This document shows positions 7,724 through 16,029 of a stretch of DNA of 60,187 nucleotides, piece after piece. The DNA comes from Candidatus Omnitrophota bacterium (GTDB taxonomy: Bacteria; Omnitrophota; Gorgyraeia; B26-G9). The position numbers were made by a program, and so were the translations under genes. Numbering within the stretch: position 1 is the stretch's first letter; the number at the start of each line of letters is the position of its first letter. The stretch is taken from the NCBI GenBank assembly GCA_018813905.1, contig JAHJAO010000005.1:1-60187 (forward strand), in the 5' to 3' direction. A model generated the notes under the pieces. The model searched no databases. It worked only from the letters and a program-made list of their open reading frames with translations, and had not been told where the DNA came from.

Positions 7724-9085
7724 ATGCCGGATAAAATATTACTAGTGGATGATGAAACGGATCTGCTCGAATGGCTGAGCGTAGTTTTGGAAAAAGAAGG
7801 ATATAGCGTTTGTTGCGCCAGTTCCGGACAGGAAGCGTTGGAGTGGTTTAAAAAAGAAGCTTTTAACATGGTAATCAGCGATATCCGGATGAGCCCGATG
7901 GACGGCATAGAGCTTTTAAAAAAAATCAAAATCATTAATCCGGAAGTTATTGTGCTGATGATTACGGCTTATGCTTCTGTGGATACCGCGGTCAGCGCCT
8001 TTCGTTACGGAGCGTATGATTATTTATTGAAACCCTTCAAATTAGATGAGATAAAATTGGTGATAAAAAAGGCGGCAATACAAAAAAGAATTTTTTCCGC
8101 CGATAAAAGTTCTCAGAAAAAATTAAAACAGCGTTACGGATTTTCCAATATCATCGGTCAAAGCCGCGTTATGCAAAATGTGTTTGACCGGGTCGAAAAG
8201 GTGGCTAAAAGCAATTCTACCGTGCTTATCTATGGCGAAAGCGGCACGGGAAAAGAATTGATCGCCAAGGCCCTTCACTATCACAGCTTACGGGCGAGGT
8301 GTCCGTTTGTATCCATTGACTGCGGGGCCTTGCCGCAGGAGCTGCTTGAAAGCGAGCTGTTCGGCCACATAAAAGGCTCGTTTACCGGGGCGATATCCTC
8401 AAAACTTGGGTTGTTTGAAGTGGCGCATGGCGGGACGTTATTCCTGGATGAAATCGGAGAGACCTCGCCCGCCTTGCAGATGAAATTGCTGCGGGTATTA
8501 CAGGAAAAAGAAATCCGGCCCGTAGGCGCGACAAAGCCGATTTTGGTGGATGTGCGGATTGCGGCGGCCACTAACCGGGATCTGGAAGAAGAGATTAAAA
8601 AGAATAACTTTCGCGAAGACCTTTTTTACCGCTTAAGCGTCATTTCCTTGTATCTGCCGCGCCTCGAACAACGCCTTGAAGATATCCCGCTGCTTGTGTC
8701 TTTTTTTCTCAAGAAATATAACCTGCCGGGAACGGATCTAAAAAAAATCGGAAAGAAAACATTAGAGTTGCTTACGGGCTATAGCTGGCCGGGCAATGTC
8801 CGGGAGCTTGAAAATTGCATCGAGAGCGCGGTGACCTTGGCGGAAAAAACTACAATCGAACCCGAAGATCTGCCCGAACGCATCCGCAATTTTAGGACTC
8901 AACAAGGAAAAGAGGCAAAACCGGCTTCGTTGAGGGGTAAAATAGAATCGTTTGAGAAAGAAATAATTTATGATACCCTCCAGAAGCTGAACGGCGATAA
9001 AGAAAAAACCGCAAAAATACTGAAAATGACCCGCCGCAATCTGGATTATAAGATTAAAAAATATCAGATTAAAACATCCCGGTGA
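7724..9085 (+). CDS. pilR: Sigma54-dependent response regulator (NtrC family), PilR-like
   Basis: It has a REC domain (LLVDDE…DIRM), an AAA+ sigma54-interaction domain (GESGTGKE, ESELFGH, GSFTGA loop) and a C-terminal Fis-type HTH (KTAKILKMTRRNLDYKIKKY). Confidence 0.92.
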   Translation: MPDKILLVDDETDLLEWLSVVLEKEGYSVCCASSGQEALEWFKKEAFNMVISDIRMSPMDGIELLKKIKIINPEVIVLMITAYASVDTAVSAFRYGAYDYLLKPFKLDEIKLVIKKAAIQKRIFSADKSSQKKLKQRYGFSNIIGQSRVMQNVFDRVEKVAKSNSTVLIYGESGTGKELIAKALHYHSLRARCPFVSIDCGALPQELLESELFGHIKGSFTGAISSKLGLFEVAHGGTLFLDEIGETSPALQMKLLRVLQEKEIRPVGATKPILVDVRIAAATNRDLEEEIKKNNFREDLFYRLSVISLYLPRLEQRLEDIPLLVSFFLKKYNLPGTDLKKIGKKTLELLTGYSWPGNVRELENCIESAVTLAEKTTIEPEDLPERIRNFRTQQGKEAKPASLRGKIESFEKEIIYDTLQKLNGDKEKTAKILKMTRRNLDYKIKKYQIKTSR

Positions 9086-9108
9086 AATGTTGCGCGATTT
9101 ATGGTTAA

Positions 9109-9141
9109 GAAAAATTTTTCTCGCGTTTGGAAAAATTTTTC
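9109..9141 (+). promoter_or_regulatory. Tandem 12-bp palindromes, a candidate enhancer (UAS) for the PilR-like activator
   Basis: GAAAAATTTTTC occurs twice (9109-9120 and 9130-9141). The centres are 21 bp apart (two helical turns). They sit about 120-150 bp upstream of the -24/-12 promoter. Confidence 0.45.
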
Positions 9142-9260
9142 CGCATAAGACAACCCCCGTTTATTTATCCCCAATGATTTTCGCAACTTTATTTTATATA
9201 ACATATTATAAATAAAGAGGTTAAAAAAGGATAGCACCAATTTTCCGATTTTTTAAAAAT

Positions 9261-9276
9261 TGGCACGCATATTGCT
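9261..9276 (+). promoter_or_regulatory. Sigma54 (-24/-12) promoter of pilA
   Basis: TGGCACG-CATA-TTGCT is an exact match to TGGCACG-N4-TTGCW. It lies 64 nt upstream of the pilA ATG and downstream of a sigma54 EBP gene. Confidence 0.85.
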
Positions 9277-9339
9277 CTAATATAAGTAGATTGAATATTT
9301 GAGTATTAACCGTAAAAACAGTAAAGGAGGTGTAGAGAT

Positions 9340-9807
9340 ATGAATCGCAGAGGTTTTACGCTTGTAGAAATCATGATTGTAGTGGCAATTATTGCGTTGC
9401 TCGCAGCTATCGCGATCCCGAACCTTTTGCGCGCCCGGCACAATGCTAATGAAGCCGCAGCGCAGGCAACTTTGAAAACAATTTCGGCCGCGTGTGAGAG
9501 TTTCCGTGCTGCACAGACAACGCCGACTTATCCGGCAACTCTTCTGGTTTTAAGCACGGCTGACCCGGAATATATCGATGACGTTTTAGCCGCGGCTACA
9601 GCAGTAGGGACAGCCAGGCAAGGGTATTACTATACGTATACCTTTGTCACTCTTAACGAGTATGTGTGTTCAGCCCGTCCGGCGAATCCGAACGTCTCCG
9701 GTACGAGAGCGTTTGCCATCAATGAAAGCGGTGTAATCAGGGCGGTCGCAGCAGATGCGGCGTGCGGTGACGAAGCTACTTATGATGGTATGACGGTAGT
9801 GCAGTAA
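9340..9807 (+). CDS. pilA: Major type IV pilin
   Basis: RBS AAAGGAGG. The short leader MNRRG|FTLVEIMIVVAIIALLAAIAIPNLL is a type IVa-style prepilin. The protein is 155 aa with C-terminal Cys residues. It has a dedicated sigma54 promoter and a strong terminator. Confidence 0.9.
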   Translation: MNRRGFTLVEIMIVVAIIALLAAIAIPNLLRARHNANEAAAQATLKTISAACESFRAAQTTPTYPATLLVLSTADPEYIDDVLAAATAVGTARQGYYYTYTFVTLNEYVCSARPANPNVSGTRAFAINESGVIRAVAADAACGDEATYDGMTVVQ

Positions 9808-9828
9808 TCTGCAGAAAAACTTGGTCTT

Positions 9829-9868
9829 AATACAATACGGCACTTATTTAAGTGCCGTATTGTATTTT
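9829..9868 (+). terminator. Intrinsic terminator after pilA
   Basis: A perfect 17-bp stem AATACAATACGGCACTT (9829-9845) pairs with AAGTGCCGTATTGTATT (9850-9866). The loop is 4 nt and the 3' end is T-rich. Confidence 0.8.
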
Positions 9869-9939
9869 AAGAGAAAACAAACCCGCCAAGAAACAGGATG
9901 TCAAGATAAAATTATCCGGCCCAAAATGTTGTTTTTTGC

Positions 9940-9969
9940 TTGACAAAAATTATTTTTAAGTGATACAAT
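9940..9969 (+). promoter_or_regulatory. Sigma70 promoter with an extended -10, upstream of the diguanylate cyclase/pilMNOPQ genes
   Basis: TTGACA (9940-9945), then TG-n-TACAAT (9961-9969) with an 18-nt spacer. Confidence 0.6.
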
Positions 9970-10154
9970 CGTAATAAGATATAGTTGTTATAACCGCTTT
10001 AAAATGGAATTAAAGATAGACAAGGAGGTTTTGTGTCTTTAGCGTCCTCGTTTTGTTTTGTTTCCTTTCCGAAATCCGATTTTAACACCCCTTGTACTTG
10101 CAATATCCAAGAAAGCTTTTTTCATAAAATCGAATATTGTAACCTCTTAATCGG

Positions 10155-11447
10155 ATGGCGGTTATGGATAAGTTTATAAAAATCGCATGTATCGCCGGCG
10201 TATGTTTTCTCATCTTTTTTTTGATATTCAATCCCGCTTTGGGTGCGGTGGTATTTTTTATTACCTTTCCTTTTATCGGGTTTTCCTTTTACGCCAATAT
10301 CCGTTTTCAAAAAACGACAAAGGAGCTTAAAGACGAATTGGATGTTTTGCGGCATGAAAAAAGAGAAATTTTACGCAAAGAAGATGAGGTTGACAGAAAA
10401 CGGCGGTTGCAGTTTGAAAAATTAAAACAGTTTTCCCAGGACCTCGCTTCTTCAGAGGATAAAAACGAAATGCTGCGTTATGTAGTTACCGCTTTTGCCA
10501 AGGCCACGACTTTAACGGCAAGCGAAAGCCAGTGTTTTTTGCTTATCCGCGAGCCGGGCACAAGCGATTTTACCTATGAGGTCGGGTATAATTTCAACCG
10601 CAATAATTTAAGCTCAATGCAGTTCAGCCAGTATGATGAAGTGATAAGCCATGTTGTGGGATCGCAAAACATCGCCTTGTTTTTTGGGAACGTTATAGAC
10701 CGGGATTCAAAACTGCAATATTTTCTGTCCAAAAAAGACAGCGCCATCTTTCGCGCGCAGCTGGATTCTCTGGCCTTGATTCCGCTTGTGCTTGAGGAAA
10801 AAGTGTGGGGGATTATCGTCGTAATTTGCCAGTCCCAGGCAGCAACATACATAAAAAATGAAGAGGAATTTTTCACGTTAATGGTGGCCGAAGCATCTAT
10901 TGCCTTGGGCAGCGCCATACATCGGAGCCTGGCTTCGGTGGATAAATTAACCCAATTATATAACCGGACATTCTTAAATAAACGGGTAAAAGAAGAAATT
11001 GCATTTTGCAACCGGCAGAGGCTGTCGATAAGTTTGTTTGTTATCGATATCGACCATTTTAAGCACGTTAATGATACGTATGGGCACCAGGAAGGCGATA
11101 TGATTTTAAAACGGATATCGCAGCTTTTGGTAAAAAATGTGCGCATTACGGATATCTGCGCGCGTTATGGCGGAGAAGAGTTTGTGATCGTTCTGCCGGG
11201 CTTGGATGAAAAAAAAGACCCAGCGTTTTCGATCGCGGAAAGAATACGTAACGCGGTAGAACATGAAGAATTCATAGTTTTAGGCAAACAAAAAATTGCC
11301 ATTACGATAAGCATCGGCGTGGCGGTTGCGTATTATGCCGAGGATAGAAAGCGGGATTTAGAAGCAATGATAAACAAGGCGGATAATTTATTGTATCAGG
11401 CCAAAAGGGAAGGCCGCAACCGGGTCTGCTATCCAGAGGATGTATAA
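10155..11447 (+). CDS. Membrane-anchored GAF-GGDEF diguanylate cyclase
   Basis: It has two N-terminal TM helices, a coiled region and a GAF-like middle domain. The C-terminal GGDEF domain has an intact active site (RYGGEEF) and an RxxD I-site (RITD) five residues upstream. Confidence 0.88.
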   Translation: MAVMDKFIKIACIAGVCFLIFFLIFNPALGAVVFFITFPFIGFSFYANIRFQKTTKELKDELDVLRHEKREILRKEDEVDRKRRLQFEKLKQFSQDLASSEDKNEMLRYVVTAFAKATTLTASESQCFLLIREPGTSDFTYEVGYNFNRNNLSSMQFSQYDEVISHVVGSQNIALFFGNVIDRDSKLQYFLSKKDSAIFRAQLDSLALIPLVLEEKVWGIIVVICQSQAATYIKNEEEFFTLMVAEASIALGSAIHRSLASVDKLTQLYNRTFLNKRVKEEIAFCNRQRLSISLFVIDIDHFKHVNDTYGHQEGDMILKRISQLLVKNVRITDICARYGGEEFVIVLPGLDEKKDPAFSIAERIRNAVEHEEFIVLGKQKIAITISIGVAVAYYAEDRKRDLEAMINKADNLLYQAKREGRNRVCYPEDV

Positions 11448-11470
11448 GTTAAAATTGCAAGGCAGGTATA

Positions 11471-13150
11471 ATGTTTAAAAAGTTTCAAGAAGCGGTGGGG
11501 ATCGAAATCGGCGATGGGTTGATTAAGGCCGTATTTATCCGTTCCCACGCAACCGAAAACCAATTAATCGCTTACGAGGCGGCAAAAGTTAACTTTATCG
11601 AAGGCCGGGACGGCCTGATTAAAGCGATAAAAGAAGTTTTAGAAAAAATACCCCTAAATCCTAAAAAACATAAGATTAATATTTCCGTATCCGGCGAATC
11701 CGTGGTCGTGCGGGATATCCATTGGCCGCAGATGTCGGATGTGGAAATAAAAAAGGCGCTTCAGTTTGAAGTGGAGCGCCAGGTGCATTTTAAGCTGGAT
11801 GAGATAGTTTTTGATTATTATTCCGTACTAGATAAAACCGTTGCCGAAACGAAAACACGCGTTGTTTTGATTGCGGCAAAAAAGAATCTTATTGATAATT
11901 ACACCACCTTGATTACCGATTCGGGGTATATCAGCGGGTTTGTGGAGGTGGATACTTTCAGCTTAATGAATTGTTTTTATGCGAGCGGCCCGCAACTTGA
12001 CCCGGCAAAAACCGTAGCGATAATTAACGTGGGGCTGGAAGTAACCAATATCGATATTATCAAAGGGAAGATTGTCGGACTGACTAAAGATGCGTTTGTC
12101 GCCTGGAATAATCTGATTGATGCTTTGCCGGAAAATATTGAGCTGGATTTTAACAATATTTCTAATTTAAAAGGATTGTCCGGCAGCGACGATATTTATG
12201 AGCTGTGCTCTTTTATTATGAACGCGCTTTCCAATCAGATCAGCCGGACAATAGAATTCTTTGAAAGCCAGGGGCAGGATTCCGTGTCGGAAATATTTTT
12301 GAGCGGCCGTATCGCCCTCTTTAAGAATTTGGACAAGTATCTGGAAAGTGTTTTAGGGCTGAAAATAACTCTTTGGAATCCGCTTTCAAACATCAAGCTG
12401 TCGGTACCGGTCACTAAAAGAAAAGAAATAGAAGACAATTCCTTGATGCTTGCCTTATGCGTGGGCCTGGCCTGCTGGCGGCATTTCTATATCGACTTAT
12501 CGGTGAAGAAGGCAGAGGTAAAGAAAAATGTATTCGAGCAGTTTATTTCCAAGTATAAAGAATTTTTTCAAGTGGCTGGAATTTTTATTTTCTTTTTACT
12601 TAGCGTTTGGGTGGTTTTGTTCAGCCAGATAAAAATAAAAAACGTAAACCGGTTGCGCTTAGAACGTCAAAACCAGCAGGTCATCCAGGTCCTGCGCGAT
12701 ATCGACCAATTAAAAGAAGGGCGCAAGAAATTGGAAGGGCATATGACGGTCGTCCAGGCGCTTTTTTCCCATCGCATACTTTGGAGCCGTACGCTCTATG
12801 AAATAAGCAGATGTGTGCCGGAAAATTTGTGGATTACGGATCTGGCCTTTGCGGATTTAAGGCCGGAGGAACTTGCGCAAACAAGTTTTGCTTTGAATAT
12901 CTTAAAAGAACTGACCAGTGCAACGTTATCCGGTTTTGAAGGCAAAAGCAAGCTGATGGTCATATTTATCAAAGGGCAGGTTTATGCGCCGACTAATGAC
13001 CAAATGCTTTCTGTCCTGAATAAGTTCATAAATGATATGAAGGATAACGAGCGGTTTGGCAATGATTTTAAAAATGTTGAATTAATCCGGACCTATCATC
13101 AAAAAGTTGTTGAATCAAATGTCATGCGTTTTGAAATGGAATGTTTTTAA
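11471..13150 (+). CDS. pilM: PilM-PilN fusion protein (GspL-like architecture)
   Basis: Residues 1-~340 are an actin-like PilM ATPase fold (VGIEIGDGLIKAV…, …IINVGLEVTNIDI…, …IFLSGRIALFKNL…). These are followed by a linker, a TM helix (VAGIFIFFLLSVWVVLF), a coiled coil and a PilN-like periplasmic domain. Confidence 0.8.
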   Translation: MFKKFQEAVGIEIGDGLIKAVFIRSHATENQLIAYEAAKVNFIEGRDGLIKAIKEVLEKIPLNPKKHKINISVSGESVVVRDIHWPQMSDVEIKKALQFEVERQVHFKLDEIVFDYYSVLDKTVAETKTRVVLIAAKKNLIDNYTTLITDSGYISGFVEVDTFSLMNCFYASGPQLDPAKTVAIINVGLEVTNIDIIKGKIVGLTKDAFVAWNNLIDALPENIELDFNNISNLKGLSGSDDIYELCSFIMNALSNQISRTIEFFESQGQDSVSEIFLSGRIALFKNLDKYLESVLGLKITLWNPLSNIKLSVPVTKRKEIEDNSLMLALCVGLACWRHFYIDLSVKKAEVKKNVFEQFISKYKEFFQVAGIFIFFLLSVWVVLFSQIKIKNVNRLRLERQNQQVIQVLRDIDQLKEGRKKLEGHMTVVQALFSHRILWSRTLYEISRCVPENLWITDLAFADLRPEELAQTSFALNILKELTSATLSGFEGKSKLMVIFIKGQVYAPTNDQMLSVLNKFINDMKDNERFGNDFKNVELIRTYHQKVVESNVMRFEMECF

Positions 13151-13166
13151 AAAATAGGATAAAAAC

Positions 13167-13757
13167 GTGAAAAAAGAATTATCGGCGCGGGAACAATATA
13201 GAATTGCCGGGTTGATCCTAATGTTTATAATTGCGGTATTTTATTTTTCGTTAGTTGTCCATCCGCAGCTTAAAAGGCTTATTATCCTTACGGCTCAGGA
13301 AAAAGCCCTCCGGCACAGGATTAGAAGCGTGGAAGAATTGAACAAAGACAAGGAAAGTTTGGATAAAGATATCCAAAAGATAAAAGACCGGTTGGATTAT
13401 TTTGAAGAGCAACTGCCTTCCCAGGTCAATATCCCGCAAATTCTGGAGAGCCTGGTAACGATAGCAAAAAACTGTAATGTGAATTTTACTGCGGTCGAAC
13501 CGCAAAAAATCGAGGAAATCAGAGTTGGAGAAGAGGGGGGGAGAACTTATCTTGAAATTCCGATAAAATTAAGATTGGAAGCGGGTTATCACGAATTGGG
13601 CCGGTTTATTAACCGCATCGAAAATTACCCCCGGTTTATGAAAGTCAACAAGATAAAAATTGAAGAAAGAAACCTGAACAGTAAACGGCATTCAGCGGAT
13701 TTAACGGTGAACGCTTTTGCTTTAAGCGAAGCGCATAATGGTCCTAACAAAAAATAG
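13167..13757 (+). CDS. pilO: Pilus assembly protein PilO
   Basis: GTG start, one TM helix, a coiled coil and a C-terminal ferredoxin-like part (…YHELGRFINRIENYPRFMKV…) typical of PilO. Its position is between pilMN and the secretin. Confidence 0.8.
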   Translation: MKKELSAREQYRIAGLILMFIIAVFYFSLVVHPQLKRLIILTAQEKALRHRIRSVEELNKDKESLDKDIQKIKDRLDYFEEQLPSQVNIPQILESLVTIAKNCNVNFTAVEPQKIEEIRVGEEGGRTYLEIPIKLRLEAGYHELGRFINRIENYPRFMKVNKIKIEERNLNSKRHSADLTVNAFALSEAHNGPNKK

Positions 13758-13758
13758 C

Positions 13759-14193
13759 ATGAATAAGTATAATATCAGGGTAAAACTTCTGCGTGTATTT
13801 TTCACGATGATTTTTTTCGGGCGTTTATTCATAACGCCTCTTTTATTCGCGCAGCAATCAACATCCGGAGATATCGGAAAAGAAAAGTTTATTTATCCGG
13901 AAGGCGTGATAAAAGACCCGTTTGTCTCTATCTTGGATACAACCGGTGGGGTCAGGGATGCGGGGCCCACGCCGCAAGAATTGTTTGATATGAAATTAAA
14001 AAAACTGCTGGTAAACGGAGTATTTTGGGATGCTTATAGTCCGCTGGCAATGATAAACAATGAACTGTATAAAACCGGCGATATCGTTATCGAGGGAGTT
14101 TCGGTTTTAGAGATTAAAGAGGACTTTGTGATGTTCGGATACCAGGGATTGAAAAAAAAGATTTCCTTAATTGAGGAAAAGCATTATAATTAG
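13759..14193 (+). CDS. PilP-like small periplasmic protein, called by position
   Basis: It has a signal/anchor segment (FFTMIFFGRLFITPLLFAQQ), is about 145 aa, and sits between pilO and pilQ. The start was moved to ATG 13759, immediately after the pilO stop. Confidence 0.5.
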   Translation: MNKYNIRVKLLRVFFTMIFFGRLFITPLLFAQQSTSGDIGKEKFIYPEGVIKDPFVSILDTTGGVRDAGPTPQELFDMKLKKLLVNGVFWDAYSPLAMINNELYKTGDIVIEGVSVLEIKEDFVMFGYQGLKKKISLIEEKHYN

Positions 14194-14218
14194 AAGATAG
14201 GGAAAAGGAGACTTATAA

Positions 14219-15859
14219 ATGGCGGGAAAAAATCAAAAGATAAATTCCAATTCCACAGTTTTATACTGCGTCTTTTTGCTGATTATCGCCGGCTATTTTG
14301 CCGCAAGTGATACTTATTTTGGATTCGCTCAATCCGAAGAGGCGGCGCCGGAGGTAGCGGTGGAATTGGTCGGCGAAAGCGATGTCCCGGACGACCCGCA
14401 TCTTGTCTCTTTGAATTTCAAAGATACGGATATCCGCGAGATCATAAATATTATTGCCTATAAAGGCGGGGTTAATATCGTGGCCGGAGACGATGTTAAG
14501 GTCAAAGTCAACGTGAAGCTGAAAAGTGTCCATTGGGAGAAAGCCCTGGATGTTATCCTGAAAACTTATAACTTTACTTATAAACGCGATGACAATTTAA
14601 TCCGGGTTATGAGCCTACAGCGCGCGCTTGAGGAAGAGGGCAAAATCCCTTTAGTGACCAAAATTATCCCGCTTAATTTTGCGGATGTAGGAAAACTTAG
14701 AGAGTCTTTGGCTAAGGTCTTAAGCAAGCGGGGAAATATTTCCATCGATACCCGTACGAATGCGTTGATTGTTACCGATATCCCCGAAGCTGTGGATAGC
14801 GTTGCGGTGGCGGCAAAGAATCTGGACGCGCGTACGCCCCAGGTTTTAATTGAAGCGATGATGGTTGATATCAAGATCACGAATAACGATACCTGGGGGA
14901 GTCTGTTGAATGCCGTGCGCGGCAGCGATGCTTTGACCCAGAATCTAACGAATTTAGCCGCAAACCAGGTTACCTGGGGCCAAGGGACTGATCCGCTAAC
15001 CGGGGTTGTTACGAGTAAGGATATAAATGGAGTTCTTGATTTTTTGATAAGTCAGAATAGAGCCAAAATTCTTGCTAATCCCAAAGTGCTTACTTTGGAT
15101 AACCAAGAAGCGAAAATAGAAATAACCGAAGAAATTCCGTATCTTGAAAGCGTGGATTCGGGCTCAGGCACGACGACAAACGTTAAGTTTAAAGAAGCGG
15201 GAATAAAGTTGTTCGTGACGCCGCATATAACCAGCGGGGAATATATATCCATGAATGTGAAGCCGGAGCAAAGTTTTAAGTCCGGCGAAGCGCAAGGCCA
15301 GCCTTTAATCGACGGCCGCAAAGCGGAAACGAACCTTTTGGTCAAAGACGGCGAGACGATTGTGATTGGCGGCTTGCGTCAGAGAAAGGATACTTATAGT
15401 GTTGACAAAGTGCCATTTTTAGGCGACATCCCGCTTATTGGCCTTTTGTTTAAAAAAAGAACCAAGACTGAAGTAGAGACGGAATTGGTTTTGTTTGTTA
15501 CCCCGCACATTGTCCGCGAGCCGATTTTAAGCGAACACGAAGTTGCCTTGTTCAAAGAATTGGGGGAAAAGAAGCAGTTGCATGCGGACGAACGTACCGA
15601 GGTCGAGAAATTCAAGGCGATGGTGGATAAGATGTGGGAGAAACTGCAGGCGAGCAAAATCGAAGACAAAGAAGTTATGCGGCGTAAAGCCCGGCGAAAA
15701 AACAGCGCGGCAAATACGGAAAAAATATTGCAGGCGGATGGGGCGGGATACGCCAAAAAAGAGGTTGGTGAAGATAAAATTAATGAATTGGACGATAAAA
15801 TAACCCGGCTCAAAGAAACTTTGGAACAGATGCAGGATGAAATAGCCCGGGAAAAATAA
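14219..15859 (+). CDS. pilQ: Type IV pilus secretin PilQ with a charged C-terminal extension
   Basis: It has a signal peptide, secretin N-domains and a secretin core (…KVPFLGDIPLIGLLFK…ELVLFVTPHIV). About 110 extra K/E-rich residues are predicted to be helical. Confidence 0.9.
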   Translation: MAGKNQKINSNSTVLYCVFLLIIAGYFAASDTYFGFAQSEEAAPEVAVELVGESDVPDDPHLVSLNFKDTDIREIINIIAYKGGVNIVAGDDVKVKVNVKLKSVHWEKALDVILKTYNFTYKRDDNLIRVMSLQRALEEEGKIPLVTKIIPLNFADVGKLRESLAKVLSKRGNISIDTRTNALIVTDIPEAVDSVAVAAKNLDARTPQVLIEAMMVDIKITNNDTWGSLLNAVRGSDALTQNLTNLAANQVTWGQGTDPLTGVVTSKDINGVLDFLISQNRAKILANPKVLTLDNQEAKIEITEEIPYLESVDSGSGTTTNVKFKEAGIKLFVTPHITSGEYISMNVKPEQSFKSGEAQGQPLIDGRKAETNLLVKDGETIVIGGLRQRKDTYSVDKVPFLGDIPLIGLLFKKRTKTEVETELVLFVTPHIVREPILSEHEVALFKELGEKKQLHADERTEVEKFKAMVDKMWEKLQASKIEDKEVMRRKARRKNSAANTEKILQADGAGYAKKEVGEDKINELDDKITRLKETLEQMQDEIAREK

Positions 15860-15874
15860 AACTGTTCAGGGGGC

Positions 15875-15902
15875 TTGACAAGTTTGAAAATTATAGTATA
15901 AT
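15875..15902 (+). promoter_or_regulatory. Sigma70 promoter of the nusA-infB unit
   Basis: TTGACA (15875-15880), a 16 nt spacer, then TATAAT (15897-15902). Confidence 0.7.
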
Positions 15903-15934
15903 TGTAACTTACAAAGCGCAGATGAGCTGGACCT

Positions 15935-15963
15935 AAAAGTGGGAAAGAATTCCCACTTTTTTT
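15935..15963 (+). terminator. Intrinsic-terminator-like hairpin in the nusA leader (attenuator)
   Basis: AAAAGTGGGAA-AGAA-TTCCCACTTTTTTT has an 8-11 bp stem, a 4-nt loop and a 7-nt T tract. It lies between the promoter and the nusA ATG (16030). Confidence 0.65.
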
Positions 15964-16029
15964 GTGGAAAAATTAATATACGAAAGATATATAAAGGCGC
16001 AAAATCGCAAGGGAAATTGGGTGGTAATT

